Shown here: positions 63,172 through 64,000 of the stretch, piece after piece
Layout of the letters: each line of letters begins with the position of its first letter
Numbering within the stretch: position 1 is the stretch's first letter
From: Nocardioides sp.
Lineage (GTDB): Bacteria > Actinomycetota > Actinomycetes > Propionibacteriales > Nocardioidaceae
NCBI RefSeq assembly: GCF_050246775.1
Contig: NZ_JBFWVK010000001.1
Location: 854,566 to 918,565, forward strand
Direction: 5' to 3'
DNA: 64,000 bases
Notes under the pieces: model-generated
Database searches by the model: none
What the model saw: only the letters and a program-made list of their open reading frames with translations
Told to the model about the DNA's origin: nothing
Made by a program: the position numbers and the translations under genes

Positions 63172-63489
63172 TCAGAGCACCACGAGCAACAGGACAGCGA
63201 GGGCGACGGCCGCGATCACGACGGTCAGGATGACGTGCCCGTAGTCCTCGGGCAGTTCCTCGCCGGCCTTCATCGCGGCCTTGGCGCCGCGCCAGCGCCA
63301 CCACGCCAGCAGGGTGCAGGCGACAGCGGTGCCCGCCAGGACGGCAGAGATGGTCGACTCGGCCCACTGGGGCCACCCGGTGTCGATCGCATGAAGGCCG
63401 GCGGCCCCCGCGATGAGCCCGAGCGAGGTCCGAACCCAGGCGAGATAGGTGCGCTCGTTGGCCAGTTCGTAACGGGGGTCGGGGATCAC
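63172..63489 (-). CDS. YidH/DUF202 family membrane protein
   Basis: DPRYELANERTYLAWVRTSLGL. Confidence 0.9.
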   Translation of the reverse strand: MIPDPRYELANERTYLAWVRTSLGLIAGAAGLHAIDTGWPQWAESTISAVLAGTAVACTLLAWWRWRGAKAAMKAGEELPEDYGHVILTVVIAAVALAVLLLVVL

Positions 63490-63998
63490 GAGTTGGAGAA
63501 TACGGCTGGATCACCGTCGCCGGGCCCACGCCCCGCCCACGTCCAGGCATAGGCCGGGTCCTCGACGGCCAGTCCGCCCTCGCCGAGCTCCAGCGGCGCG
63601 AAGGTGTCGACCATGACGGCAGACTCGTCGAAGTAGTCCGCCCCCAGGGACGCCTCGATCGCGGCCGGCTGTGGTCCATGGGCATAGCCGCCGGGATGCA
63701 GGGAGACGGAGCCGAGGTTGATCCCGGATCCCTTGCGTGCCTCGTAGTCGCCGCCCACGTAGAACATCACCTCGTCGCTGTCGACGTTGGAGTGGTAGTA
63801 GGGCACCGGCACCGCGAGCGGGTGGTAGTCGACCTTGCGCGGCAGGAAGTTGCAGATCACGAAGTTCCACCCCTCGAAGACCTGGTGCACCGGCGGCGGC
63901 TGGTGCACCTTGCCGGTGATCGGCATGTAGTCCTCGATGTTGAACGTGTAGGGGTAGAGGCAGCCGTCCCAGCCGACGACGTCGAAGGGATGGGTCGC
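63486..63998 (-). CDS. hmgA: Homogentisate 1,2-dioxygenase family, C-terminal part (truncated by the window end)
   Basis: HPFDVVGWDGCLYPY.FNI, HQPPPVHQ.F, VICNFLPR, VPYYHSNVDSDEVMFY, HP.G..HGP, AVMVDTF.PL. Confidence 0.85.
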   Translation of the reverse strand, partial: ATHPFDVVGWDGCLYPYTFNIEDYMPITGKVHQPPPVHQVFEGWNFVICNFLPRKVDYHPLAVPVPYYHSNVDSDEVMFYVGGDYEARKGSGINLGSVSLHPGGYAHGPQPAAIEASLGADYFDESAVMVDTFAPLELGEGGLAVEDPAYAWTWAGRGPGDGDPAVFSNS

Positions 63999-64000
63999 GT

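Overview
High-GC actinobacterial chromosome segment, probably Nocardioides/Nocardioidaceae (inferred from ribosomal protein, RNAP and gene-order features; not verified by search). The core is the conserved block tRNA-Thr/tRNA-Met-rpmG-hadAB-like-murB ... tRNA-Trp-secE-nusG-rplK-rplA / rplJ-rplL / rpoB-rpoC. It is flanked by metabolic and accessory genes: sirtuin, IdeR, photolyase, GH13 glucosidase, MFS/MarR, TetR plus heterodimeric ABC exporter, pdxH, citrate synthase, yybP-ykoY riboswitch-TerC, serC, macrodomain, FAD/Fe-S oxidase, RNase HI, FabH, ROK-zwf-edd-eda, tag, flavodoxin, pirin, YdeP-like, OYE and homogentisate dioxygenase. I saw no IS, integrase, prophage or CRISPR-cas. The most unusual items are: (1) an orphan ~320-nt transcription unit at 9.6-9.9 kb with its own promoter, a strong SD, a 12-codon ORF and a multibranch structured 3' domain; (2) two families of REP-like dispersed repeats that form short arrays, one invading coding sequence in frame and one bracketing single accessory genes; (3) a stand-alone DnaB motor-domain gene between rplA and rplJ; (4) an unannotated 28-aa membrane peptide translationally coupled on both sides; (5) two long inverted-repeat elements placed just behind housekeeping terminators.
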